Part shown: positions 11,840 to 23,409 of the stretch, piece after piece
Numbering within the stretch: position 1 is the stretch's first letter
Layout of the letters: each line of letters opens with the position of its first letter
NCBI GenBank assembly: GCA_043228905.1
Contig: JBHGNT010000004.1
Location: 7,254,001 to 7,318,000, forward strand
Source: Azolla caroliniana
Lineage: Eukaryota; Plantae; Polypodiophyta
Length of the DNA: 64,000 nt
Reading direction: 5' to 3'
Notes under the pieces: generated by a model
The model's database searches: none
Told to the model about the DNA's origin: nothing
The model's input: the letters and a program-made list of their open reading frames with translations, nothing else
Translations under genes and position numbers: made by a program

Positions 11840-14038
11840 ATGGCATCCTCAAGCAACCAAGCAGGAGAGCTCGAAAGGATGATGCTAATCGTCGAGCAAA
11901 TGATGAGATCTCGGGACAACGATGCGAGCGTGGAGAAGGTTGTCGATCGTGTCGTAGAGCTCGAGGGCCAATTCGATGGAAGGAACGGTACGAAGTTCCT
12001 TGATGCATATAGAAGGGAGATGAATCAGAGGGACGTGTCCGAGGCACGTCAAATCGCAAGCTTCAAGAGAGTTGTCGCCAACAACATCCAAAGACGCGTC
12101 ATCGAGCTTCAAGAAGGTAAGACAACATGGTCCGAGTTCGAGAAAATGATACTAGCGGAGTTCGTGACTGAAGACTCAACGAGGATGACTCGACATGCCC
12201 TGATGAAGTGGATAGAGAAGAAGAATAAGAAGATGAGCGTCTCGAGGGTGTACGAAGAATTCGACCAGATGTTTAGTCATCTCCCCAATACGGACCAAGT
12301 GTTGCTTGAAGAGGACAAGACTTTGTACTTCTTGAAGGCCGTGGACATAAAGGATAGACGGGAGTTGGGGACTCTTCTCGAAGATGATACCCAAGCAAAT
12401 GGGCTCGTAGCGGACTGGATTGCGGTGAAGCGGGCATGCAATAGGCTCGACAAGCGTCGCCAATGGGTTGATGACACCGACTTGACGGGACTGACTACCA
12501 CGGAGAAAGCAAGACCGCCGAAAGTAGCTGAGCCACCAAGACAAAGTAACGTGGAAGAAAAGAAGATTGATGACGACATCATTGAAGAGCTAGCGAAGAA
12601 GTTCGAGAAGGTCACGCTAGCCAACATGAATCGTCGGGGCCCTAAAGGAAAAGAACCCTTTAGATGCGTGTGGTGTGATAGCATGGACCACATGAGAAGG
12701 GATTGTGCGAGCCTTCAGGAGGCGATTCGACAAAATATCGTATACATAGAGGACAACATGATCTGCTCAAGCGAGACTAGAAGACCCCTACGGGTGAATT
12801 TCGGAAGAGGAGGAATGAAGAGATCTATGGAGGATGCCGATGCGACTCATGTGGATGCGATGCACTATGCTGCGTCGGCCGGAATAAGAGTCGGGAAAGA
12901 CAAGACTGAAGCTGCTAGAGCGGGAGCAAAGTTTTGGACTTCCATTCTCGAATATGAGAAGAAGGGAAAAATCACATCGAACGAGGTAGAGCTTGCGAAC
13001 CGAAGCGTGCAAAGTATAACCGGGTGGTCGGATCCGGTGAACAACAACACCATACTCGCAGAGGTGATGTGCGACAACCACGAGGTGTTCGTCGAAGAAA
13101 AGAGAAAGAGAATAGAAGAGCAAGGGCCATCAAAAAGACATGAAACAAGGAACACGAAAAAGAAGGACGATGCGGAGACGAGTCGACCTTTACAAACGGA
13201 GGAACGAGAATCAAGCCGAAAAGGGGAGCCGAGCATACGAGTTGAAGAAACGGTTCGGCCCGTGAAGGTTGGTGTCGAAGACCCCGCTCGGAGGACAAGG
13301 ACTATACCTACCTATAAGCTAAGGTCGGACATAGAGCAGACGACGGACCTAAAGAAGATTCTCGAAGAACGAGTTCTTGATAGCCACGTAACTTTGTCCT
13401 TGAGGGAATTGCTAGGCATTACGAAGAAGGAGTTCCATGACACAATCATGGACCTTGTAAAGAGAAAGAGACAACAATCGGACGAGGAAGAAGAGAAGCC
13501 GCAAAAAGCAAAAATGAATGTCATAATGATGGCAAGAGACGAAATCGATGAAGATATGGTGGACAGCTACTACACTCGACCTCATTGGGCACGAGCGACA
13601 ACGGAGACGCCGGTGAAGATCGGGGAGAAGAAAGAGACCATGGTAGCCTTGATCGACCACGGCTCGGAGATCAACCTCATGTCAACCGACTTCTACAAAA
13701 AAGGAAGATGGCCAATCAATACAAACCACAGATGGAAGATTCACACGGCAACAAAGTCTACGGAGGATTTGTATGGAGCTTGTCCCAATGTCAAAGTCAC
13801 GATCGGGGATGTGGAGATGGATCAACACTTCTTCGTACAAGAATCGGCGTCGCATCCTGTCATCCTAGGGCAACCTTATATCACATCATCTCGGATGGAG
13901 ACCAAAGTGTTCGATAATGGAGCAGCCTTCGCACGAATAAAGAGTCTTGACAACCAAAGATCGGTCCAATTCCTAACGGTGCGAGCCAATCATGAAAGGA
14001 ATCGAGATAGTCTCGGAGGCGAATCCTCGGATTTTTAG
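11840..14038 (+). CDS. Gag-protease ORF of gypsy copy A (open)
   Basis: Uninterrupted ~730-aa ORF with zinc knuckle CVWCDSMDHMRRDC and aspartic protease ALIDHGSEINLM. Confidence 0.9.
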   Translation: MASSSNQAGELERMMLIVEQMMRSRDNDASVEKVVDRVVELEGQFDGRNGTKFLDAYRREMNQRDVSEARQIASFKRVVANNIQRRVIELQEGKTTWSEFEKMILAEFVTEDSTRMTRHALMKWIEKKNKKMSVSRVYEEFDQMFSHLPNTDQVLLEEDKTLYFLKAVDIKDRRELGTLLEDDTQANGLVADWIAVKRACNRLDKRRQWVDDTDLTGLTTTEKARPPKVAEPPRQSNVEEKKIDDDIIEELAKKFEKVTLANMNRRGPKGKEPFRCVWCDSMDHMRRDCASLQEAIRQNIVYIEDNMICSSETRRPLRVNFGRGGMKRSMEDADATHVDAMHYAASAGIRVGKDKTEAARAGAKFWTSILEYEKKGKITSNEVELANRSVQSITGWSDPVNNNTILAEVMCDNHEVFVEEKRKRIEEQGPSKRHETRNTKKKDDAETSRPLQTEERESSRKGEPSIRVEETVRPVKVGVEDPARRTRTIPTYKLRSDIEQTTDLKKILEERVLDSHVTLSLRELLGITKKEFHDTIMDLVKRKRQQSDEEEEKPQKAKMNVIMMARDEIDEDMVDSYYTRPHWARATTETPVKIGEKKETMVALIDHGSEINLMSTDFYKKGRWPINTNHRWKIHTATKSTEDLYGACPNVKVTIGDVEMDQHFFVQESASHPVILGQPYITSSRMETKVFDNGAAFARIKSLDNQRSVQFLTVRANHERNRDSLGGESSDF

Positions 14039-14091
14039 AGCGGACTATTGAAGCATGGGGCACAAATAGTCCGAGCAATCACAAGACCCCA
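14029..14091 (+). promoter_or_regulatory. Putative -1 programmed ribosomal frameshift signal
   Basis: Slippery G GAT TTT (14029-14035) before TAG. Stem CGGACTATT/AATAGTCCG (14041-14049/14065-14073). Loop TGGGG can pair with CCCCA (14087-14091). Pol is in the -1 frame. Confidence 0.75.
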
Positions 14092-17000
14092 CAAGAAAGA
14101 AGAGTGCGTGGATTGCAAGGAGAAGCAACATGTGTCACACCTAGTGGCGCATGTAAACTAGTACTACCTGACAAGAAGCACAAGCGCCGGATACAAGAAT
14201 TCGAGAAGATGCTGAAAGAAGAGAACATAATAGAAGAAGGAGAGTTTGTGACTCATATTATGGAAGAAGCCTCATTTAACGATACCATCGGCGAAATCGA
14301 GGACGTCGTGGACTTGAGCTATCTTCACAACCAACGCGTGATTTCGGTTAACTCCGTCAACATGTACGCTATCATCAATGAATACCGTCGTGGCATCTCG
14401 ATGAAGGAAGCTGACATCAACACGAAATATAAAACGGTGGATAAGAAGATCAAGCCAGTTGCGGTTCCGCTATCGGAAGATAGCTGGCAAAAGATGAAGG
14501 AAGTCGCTAACGATCCAAGCTTAAGAGATCTGAAGAAGATAGGTCATTTCTTCACCAAAGAGACAAAGGGGAAGCTACGAGTTGGAAAGGAGGATTTCCT
14601 TCTCCCTGAAGAGGACCGAATGTTTCGCGATATGCTTGAGAGACATGGGAAGGCTTTCGCATTCTTCCCACGAGAAATCGAATGCGCCGACCCAAAGGTT
14701 ATAGAGCCGATGGTGATCTTCACGGTGCCTCATGTGCCTTGGAATTTGAAACCGATACCAGTTCCGAGAGCACACCTTCCGAAGTTGATCGAGCTCTTAA
14801 AGGAGAAGGTGAGTATGGGAATTCTAGAACCATCGAATGCTCCTTATTCCAATAGGTGGTTCACGGTGCCGAAGAAGAATGGATCATTGCGATTCATCCA
14901 AGACCTTCAACCCGTCAACAAGGTGACAATTCGAAATGCCGGAATCGGTCCGAGCGTGGACGAATTTGCCGAAGCGTTTGCAGGCCGGTCCATCTACTCC
15001 ATTGGCGATCTCTACTCTAGATATGACCAATTCCAATTGGCGATCGACAGTCGGGACATTACAACCATGAGGACTCCGATCGGGCTTGTGCGGATGTGTA
15101 CCTTACCCCAAGGCGCAACGAACTCGGTGGCTCATATGGTGAATCCCATGAATAAAGTCTTGAAGGATTGCATCCCGGAAATCACGATGCCATTCTTGGA
15201 TGATATTCCGATAAAAGGATGTTTGGGTGAGGAGAAAGATGAATCGAAAGATAAGGAAGGTTGTAGAAAGTTCGTTGCGGATCATATGAAAGATTGCGAG
15301 AAGGTGCTTCAAAGGCTCGAAGATGCGAATTTGACATTTTCGGGAGAAAAATCCACATTCCTTGGAGCGTGCGCATTTTATCATATATGGATTCCGCACT
15401 ACGCTCATGTCGCCGAACCGTTATATGGACTACTAAAGAAAAGAATAAAGTTCGAATGGCGAGACGAGCACACAAAGGCGATGCAAAGATTAAAGAAACT
15501 GCTTCTTGAAGCTCCAACACTAAGGAAGGCCGACTATGCCGAAGGGAAACCAATTTACGTGACCGTAGATACGAGCCCAACCGGAATCGGGTGGGTCATC
15601 AATCAAGAAGGTGAAGATAATGCGCGATATGCCGTCCGGTTCGGAGCAAAGGTTCTCAGCGAACGGCAATAAAGATATGCCTGGAAGTCAAGCGGGAACT
15701 TTGGGGTATTGTGTCGGCAGTGAAGACGGACAAAGATTACCTGATTGGGTCAAAAGTGATAATAGAGACAGATTGTCTCCCAATTCTCGAAATGGTCTCG
15801 AGATGTGCGACTCCAGATCTTGCTATGCTAAGGTGGATCGCCTACATCAAGTCTTTAAACCTTGAGATCCGTCACATTGTAGGGAAGAAGAACGCCATGG
15901 CTGACATGCTGTCAAGGGCAAGATTTTCAAATGGAAGTAACATGGTTTCGGAAGATGAAGATGTCGCCCTCGACTTCTTCAAGATGGCTCGATTGTCGGC
16001 GGAAGACCAGGACACGCAAACCCTCCACGCCTTCAACGAGAACGAGTACGAAGGAGAGTGGTTACTCATCGGTAGATTCCTAAGAACATTGACGACAGAT
16101 GCTTCGTTGACAAAGGAGGAGGCCCTACGAATCCGAAAGAAAGCTTACCGATACTTCTTGAAGGGAGGATTCCTTTGGTGACATCCAAAAAGAAGGACAG
16201 GAATACCACGACGAGTGGTGGTAAAGAAAGAAGAGCAAGAGACGCTAATGACCGAATTCCACGAGAGTGCTTGGGCAAGTCATAGAGGAACATGGGCGAC
16301 GTTCGAAAAGTTGAAGGAGAAGTACTGGTGGCCAAGCATGTACAAAGATGTACTCCATTTCGTGTCCACATGCGAAAGTTGCTAAGTATATTCAAATATA
16401 CGTCATCGTGATGAGTTAAAGCCGACATACCCACTCACCATACACTTCAAATGGATGGTGGATATGGTCTCGATGCCAATGGGAATGGGACAAATGAAGT
16501 ACTTAGCGCTGGCAAGGGAAGACTTGACAAATCAAGTGGAAGGACGAGCCTTGACAAATAAGACGACTTCAGCCGTTTGCAAATGTCTACTTGAAGATGT
16601 TGTTTGCCGATATGGATGTGTAGGGAAGATAGTGGCCGACCGAGGGGAGTTGGACGCGCACGAAGCGACGGAGCTCTTCGAAAGACTAGGCGTGAAGCTC
16701 TCCCTCACGACTGCCTACAATCCGGAAGCAAATGGGACGATCGAGCGAGGGCATGGACCTATCGTTAAAGCCATCGTACGGGCATGCAACGGTCAAGTCG
16801 GGAAATGGCCACGACTATTACCCTATGCCTTGTGGGCCGATAGAACGACACATAGCTCGGTGACAGGGTATATGCCGACGGAGCTTATGTATGGACAAAA
16901 GCCGATTATGCCCATCGAAAGGACGATCGCCTCATGGGTAGCGATACCGTGGGAGAACAAGATGAGCCGAGAAGAGTTATTAGCGGCGCGGATAAGTCCG
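14039..17000 (+). pseudogene. pol (RT-RNase H-integrase) of gypsy copy A, disrupted and 3'-truncated
   Basis: RT (DLYSRYDQF, LPQG, FLDD), RNase H (VDTSPTG), integrase (VADRGE, YNPEANG). Stops, frameshifts and deletions present. Confidence 0.9.
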
Positions 17001-17989
17001 GCGACTAGATAAATAAATATATAAATATATATACATATTTACATATACAAGGAGGGCAAGTAAGGATTCGAACCTTGCACCTCCAAGTTAAGAGTCAATT
17101 GGCTTACCATTAAGCCATGCTATTTAGTTGAAATTATATTTCTATCATTATACTTTTACATGTAAATTCTTATACATGAGAGCTAAAATGAGTGACATGG
17201 TTATCATGCACCACATGTAATACTTAAGCGCCAAATGGCAAACATGCAATTTATGCATGTCTTGTACCCTCACATGCATCATATGCATGAGAGCATCTAT
17301 AAAAGAGGGAAGGGGGAGGAAAAAAAAGGACGGTTTTTTTTATGAAAATTAAGAGGAAGAAATTCGTCATCAAATTGATCGTGTAACTTGTTTCTTAAAT
17401 CTAAAGTTAAAAGTTCAATCAATCTCTCTCAATCGTGTAATCTCAACTTCTCTCTTTCCCAATCTATCTTAAGTACTTTCTCGCCAAAGCTTGTATCGAC
17501 TCTAAATCCTTCTGGTCTAGAACCCCGACGGTTCCGCCTCACGATCCGCGCGTAGTGACGGATCTTCACGACAACGTGGGAGAGACAGAGAATGAGCAAG
17601 ACGTTAAAAATCTATTACAAAACAATAATAGTTCTCTATACATACAACATGCTCAACAACACTATTTGTACAAGTCCTAAGAGGACTGATAGAAGTACAG
17701 TGTACTTCAATGCTCACACGAGCGTCTGCCACTAAATACGTGACATTAACTACCTAGTAGTCTAGGTTGCTACTAGGTTTCCGGTTACTACTTGATCCGG
17801 CTAACCGGCTCCCCAGCTCACCGACTCACTTGCTCACCGATTTGGCTCATCCTTCCGGATGCCGATCCAGCTTAGGCTTATTCAGCTGATCCGGATCCTG
17901 TTGAGCTTGCCGCTCAACAATATACATACACACATATAGTGAACATACATGTGTTTTCTATGTAAGGGCATTTAAGATGAGTTGTTGTC

Positions 17990-19777
17990 AAAATATATAT
18001 TTGCGGTCGGATGGCGAAAAAGAATACTTTTATGGCCAATTCAACAATTATCTGTAGCAAAAAGGAATTTGGAGGGAATTTAGCTACAGATACATACCGG
18101 ATCAAAATGATGTGGCTGAAAGGAAGAACTGGACGATTGTGGAGGCGGCACGAGCAATGCTGGAAGAGAAGAGCATGCCCAAGTTCTATTGGGGCAAAGT
18201 GTTCTAGATGACCATCTACATCCAAAACTAGATCAAGGAGAAGGTGTTAGCACACGAGCTGTATTTCAGGCGGAAGTTGAATTTAAGGCAACTTAGGATA
18301 TTCGGTAAGATAGCATATGTGCATGTGCCGGATGAGAAACGGAAAAAGTTGGACCCTAAGTCGGAGAAGTGCATTTTGGATGGCTACTCACATGAGCAGA
18401 AGGATTTGGTACTCTGGATGAGAGTCTGATCTCATTCCAGGTAAGTGGGCCAAATGAGCGACTGAGTCAGAATGACTAGTCAGATGAAGAGCCAATGAGT
18501 ACTGGAGACTCGGCGGTGCTCTCCTCGTGCAAGGAACTGAGGAGACGGTTCATGCGCAAAGAAAAGGAGAAGAAGAAGATGTCAGAGTACAACACTGGAA
18601 GAGAAGAATCAGATCAGAGCGTATCCGACTACGGAGACAGACCTTCGAGAACGAAGTCCGAGTCAACCAAGAGGGCCTTGCAATCGGCGAACGCGAAGTT
18701 ACGCCGATCGACCTGCACGAACAACCCTGTAAAAAGGTATAGATATAATGAGTACATGATGCATCACTATGCGTACATGACGAAATAGCGGAGCCGGAGA
18801 GGTACGCCGAAGCGGCAAAGGACGCGCATCGCATGCAACAATGGAGGAAGAGATGCGGTCACTTGCTGCCAACAACCCATGGGACCTGGTTGACCCTCCC
18901 CGACATTGCAAACCAATCTATTGCAAGTGGGTGTACAAGGTAAAGTAGAATGTTGAAGGTTTGGTCCACCTGTACAAGGCCCGATTAGTGGCCAAAGGAT
19001 ACACGCAGACCCATGGAATCGACTATGACGAGACCTTCGCTCCGGTAGCGAAGATTACGATGGTTCGTGTGGTGCTAGCGGTTGCTGCGGAAAGGGGATG
19101 GCATCATCACCAAATAGACGTGAAAAATGGATTTCTTCATAGCGATCTTGAAGGACAGGTCTACATGATCCAACCCCCTGTATTTTAGTCAAAGATGAAC
19201 AAGTTGGCAGTCTGACAACTCAAGAAGTCGCTTTATAGCCTGAAGCAAGCCGCCCATGCTTGGAATTCGAAGATCACGCACCAATTGCGTAAGATGGGGT
19301 TTGTGGCCTCGAAGTCTGACTCGCCGTTGTTCATCCAGAAAGGTCTGGAAAGTCTAGCATGTATCCTACTATACGTGGATGATCTAGTCATCACCAGACC
19401 AAGACTCACTGAAATCAGCCGCGTGAAGTTCCAACTATCAGACCTGGGGGATCTTCATTACTTCCCCGGGATCTAAGTGATCCATACCTCCGACAGAATA
19501 TTGTTGTCCCAGAGACATTATGTGTTGAATATGCTATTCAAGTTCGGCATGACCGATTGCCGACCACTCTCCACACCCGTGGACCGGAACTTGAAGCTTT
19601 GTTCCAACTCCGGACCGCCCTAGGTACCTTGAGAAACGGTTCCGACAAATTGTCAAAAGCCTTATTTATTTAACAATCACCCGACCTGACATTAGCTACC
19701 AGGTCAGAGCGATCAGTCAATTCATGCAAAAGCCAACCATGGAGCACCTTCAGTGCGTGCACCGAATATTGAGGAAT
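17990..19777 (+). pseudogene. Ty1/copia integrase-RT remnant
   Basis: [48 protein letters not shown]. Ends at EHLQCVHRILR. Confidence 0.88.
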
Positions 19778-19963
19778 TGTAAAGAATCGGGTATGATTCT
19801 TGTGCAATGGAAGAGATGTGTGTTATGTGTTTGTGTGAGAGGAAAGACCTAAGAGAATAGAAAACACAAGATAGATAGATAGAATGGAAAATCGAATACT
19901 CAAGAAGTTGTACAGAAGCCAACCGTGGAGCACCTTCAGTGCGCTCATCGAATACTAAGGTAT

Positions 19964-21066
19964 TGTAAAGAATTGGGTATGATTCTTGTGCAATGGAAGA
20001 GATGTGTGTTATGTGTATGTGTGAGAGGAAAGAGGTAAGAGAAGAGAAAACACAAGATAGATAGATAGAGTGGAAAACAGAATACTCAAGAGAAGGTGTA
20101 TATTCACAAGTAGAATAGCAAATACAAAAATGTAGCATTACAAGGAGTCACAACCGACTTAGTATGAAGTATGAGGAGGGTGCTTTATATACATATAGTC
20201 ACCCTCTCCCTTGATTAACTAACTACAACAACTACTCTCTCTTGGGGAATGTGAAGACTCATAGTCATGGGGAATATGTAACACATTAGTTATGTGTCAT
20301 AGAATATGATTCTATGACACAAAGTTAATGTGTAGAGAGTAGTGGTGTAACCCTTGACCTTTGAGTAATCATAGATTCTCAAAATATGTGTTCACACATT
20401 GCACTATGTTGAGCTTTATTCTCAACACGCCCACTCAAGCTCAACTCGGGTCAGTTCCTTTCGATTGATGTCCGCTTAGGTTGGTATCCGGTTCAAATGA
20501 TCTCCGGTGTCCGCTTTGGCTCGTACCTGGTTCGACGGTATCTGGTTCTCGCTTGTACTCCCCCTCAACCTTGGCAAGTCAGGGATCATCAATCCAAGAT
20601 CTAGCATGAATTGCCAAAGCTTGTCGGCTCCTAGGGCCTTGGTGAAGATGTCAGCTATCTGAAGATTCCTTTTGATGTGTAGAAGATCGACATCTCCGGC
20701 CTAAAGATGCTCTCGAATGAAGTGGTAGTACACTTCGATATCCTTTGTGCGTGCATGATATATACACTGGGTTCTGAGCCAGATATATACTGCTCATGTT
20801 GTCGCAGTAAATGAGAGTCAGATCTTTGATGGGAACGCCTAGATCCTTCAAAATCCTCTTGAGCCATACGGCTTCACATGCAGCTACGGCTGCACCTGTG
20901 TATTCGGCCTCCGTACTCAAAATTGTGATGGTAGGCTGCTTCTTACTACTCCAAGATATTGCTCCGCTACCGAGCGAGAAGACAAATCCGGAGGTCGATC
21001 GTCGATTAGCTCTATAGCCTGCCTAGTAGGCATCCGTGTACCCTTCGAGTCGAATTGGTGTGGCCA
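19964..21066 (-). mobile_element. Ty1/copia RNase H + PPT + 3' LTR in inverted orientation
   Basis: STEAEY...YCDNMS RNase H on the minus strand. PPT-like AGCTTGAGTGGGCG at 20428-20441. LTR-like TGT...ACA segment 19964-20427. Confidence 0.8.
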
Positions 21067-21304
21067 TGAGTTTTGTTGATCATACGATCGTCGACAAGGA
21101 GTGTGAATGGTGTGTCATCGGTGCATGGCTTAGAGAGCATGAGAGAGAGAGAGAGAGAGAGATTAAAACTTGATAACTTTTAATTACTATAAGGATTAAA
21201 ACTTAAATACAACTAAAAAATCTAATAATATAGTGAGAAAGGAAGAGAGGGCTAGTCATTAAGTATTAATTAAAAAGACTAAAAAAAATGTTACTAACAT
21301 GTTA

Positions 21305-21339
<35 letters not shown>

Positions 21340-22058
21340 TTAAGAGCAAAGCTATTACTAATTATCATAAGTAGATCTACGAGGATCAAGGGTTCGAAAA
21401 CAAGAGAAAAGTAAGAGAGAAAAAAAGGGTACAGAGAGGAGAGAGATGCGTGTGTACACTAGAGAAAGTAAGAGAGAGAAAGAGGAGAGAGGTAAGGGAG
21501 AGAGACAAGTGTGAGGAAAGAGAAAAAGAAAAACGGGAAAGCTATAGATTTAGGAAGAGGATGGGTAAATTGACAAAGTGGGGATGAAGTGAAAAGATCA
21601 CCAAGAACGATTTGAGCACACCCAAATCATTTGAGACACTTGGTGTGAGCTATTGAGGGTTAGGGATAGGGGTAGGGTGATAATTAAGAAGTAAAGGGAG
21701 GGGTAGAGATAGGAGAGAGAGAAGAAATACATAGGGAAACCAAAAATTAAAAGAGAGAGGGGAATAAAAACAGTGAAGTGTGTTATGGAGATAAAACTGG
21801 GACGGGTAGCAAAAAATAAAAATTGGTAAAACATGGGTGAGGGTAGAAACTACAAATAAAAGGAAAGCGAGGTTGGAATAAAAAGCTACTAAAAGAAAAG
21901 TTAAGGGGAGGGTTAAGGTTAAAATATATGGAAATCGAGGAGAGGGGTAGCGGGTAAATATAATCTAAAGATTAAGTTTAATAAAAATGTAGGAGAGAGA
22001 TATGAGTAAAAATATGAAAAAGTAGGGGTATGAGGGAAACTAGGAAGAAGTAGGGGAA

Positions 22059-22210
22059 GGGGTAGGGCTCAAAATAGAAGAAAGTAGGAGGGGTAGGGCC
22101 GGAAATAGGAGAAAGTAGGAGAGGGGTAGGGTTGAAAATAGGAGAAAGTAGGGGAATGGTACGGCTCAAAATAGGTGAAAGTATGGGAGGGGTAGGGCTG
22201 AAAGTATGAA
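22059..22210. repeat. ~33-bp G-rich tandem repeat (GGGGTAGGG...AAAATAGGAGAAAGTAGG) in a purine-rich tract (21130-22240)
   Basis: About 5 degenerate copies seen directly. Confidence 0.75.
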
Positions 22211-22597
22211 AATTCTAACAAGGAGTGAGTGCATATGTAGGGATGTCGGTGACAAGCATCGTGATTGGCGATATAGTTTAGGGTTTGAAAATAATCTCGG
22301 ACATATACAATAAAAGAGTGTTTTAATCTTTTCTAGTGTTTTAATCTTCTGTAGAGTTTATTATTAGTGTTCGGAGCACGGAACAATCGGAACGGCCGAA
22401 TTGCTCAAAACGGGCCGAACTGCTCGAAACTACTTGGAACGGTCGGAACGGCCAGGGCGATCCATAATGCACGGGTTAAACTATACGGAACAGTCGGAAT
22501 GGCGGGGGCGATCCGTAGTGCACGGGCCGAACTGTACGGACGGTAGATGATGCAGCTGAATTGTAAGGACCGTTGCATGTGGAATCGTAACTGAACG

Positions 22598-22745
22598 TGG
22601 AGGTCATGCAACTAAAGTAAATGTAATGTGGGACGCATGCAACTAAACATGGAGGCCATGCCACTAAAGTAAATGTCATGTTGGACGCATGCAATTGAAC
22701 ATGGAGGCCATGCAACTAAAGTAAACGCCATGTGGGACGCATGTA
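22598..22745. repeat. ~52-bp tandem repeat in LTR (GGAGGCCATGCAACTAAAGTAAATGTCATGTGGGACGCATGCAACTGAACAT); also 28340-28490 and 36265-36415
   Basis: About 3 copies per block, seen directly. Confidence 0.88.
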
Positions 22746-22867
22746 ACTGAGCTGGTAATGCAAACTAGAGTTCCTTCATGCAAGTGTAGATATCTTCGGG
22801 TAAAAAAAAACCCAAATTCCTGGGGGTGAAGGAATCTTAAAAATTGAGAGGACAAATCTATCATTCA

Positions 22868-23110
22868 AAAACCCTAACCCTAATTTTTCTTATCTAAACC
22901 ATATCTCAAAAACCCTAACCCTAATATTTCTTATCTAAGCCATATCTCAAAAATCTTAACAATAATTTTTCTTATCTAAGCCATGTCTCAAAAACCCTAA
23001 CCCTAATTTTTCTTATCTAAGCCATATCTCAAAGACCCTAACCCTAATTTTTCTTGTCTAAGCCATATCTCAAAAACCCTAACCCTAATTTTTCTTATCT
23101 AAACCCAAAT
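22868..23110. repeat. ~41-bp tandem array with telomere-like AAACCCTAACCCTAA motif in LTR; second array 36464-36795
   Basis: Unit AAAAACCCTAACCCTAATTTTTCTTATCTAAGCCATATCTC, about 6 and about 8 copies. Confidence 0.9.
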
Positions 23111-23409
23111 TTCTGAAAAAACCCAAAAATCCACAAAACCCTAATCTGTTAATCTATTAATCTCCGTAAGCCTCAAACTTCTGTAATCCCAATCTTGGGA
23201 TAGATTGTAATTTTTCTTTTCTTTCCAAATGAAAATTACCAAACTTTCTCATTTCGGTTAATTCATAAAACATAAACGCACGAATCGGGTATCCTCAGGT
23301 CGGAGGCCCTGGGGTCCTACCTCAAGTTCATGCATCTTTGTCGTATTTTCGCGACATCTTTGGTGAACCCGACGTGAAACGAGGCGGCAGGAGGATATCA
23401 AGTACGACG

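Larger units (their letters stand above)
10599..17573 (+). mobile_element. Ty3/gypsy (non-chromovirus type) LTR retrotransposon, tRNA-Trp primed, copy A
   Basis: 5' LTR 10599-11772 with 12-bp inverted termini TGTCGTGAAGAT...ATCTTCACGACA. 3' LTR remnant ~16998-17573. 4-bp TSD ACGT at 10595-10598 and 17574-17577. Domain order gag-PR-RT-RH-IN. Confidence 0.93.
10511..17919. mobile_element. Solo LTR (~430 bp; pieces 10511-10598 and 17578-17919) split by the nested gypsy element
   Basis: Begins TGT, ends ACA, and is flanked by ATATA at 10506-10510 and 17920-17924. The CA/TA-rich tract resumes after it. Confidence 0.65.

Noticed and set aside
11885-13660. Multiple antisense ORFs over gag
   Set aside because: Shadow frames of the long gag ORF with no independent motifs.
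22598-23110. Regularly spaced repeats resembling a CRISPR array (also 36265-36795 and 39645-40150)
   Set aside because: Units are head-to-tail with no unique spacers, there are no cas genes, and they sit inside LTR elements in a eukaryotic context.
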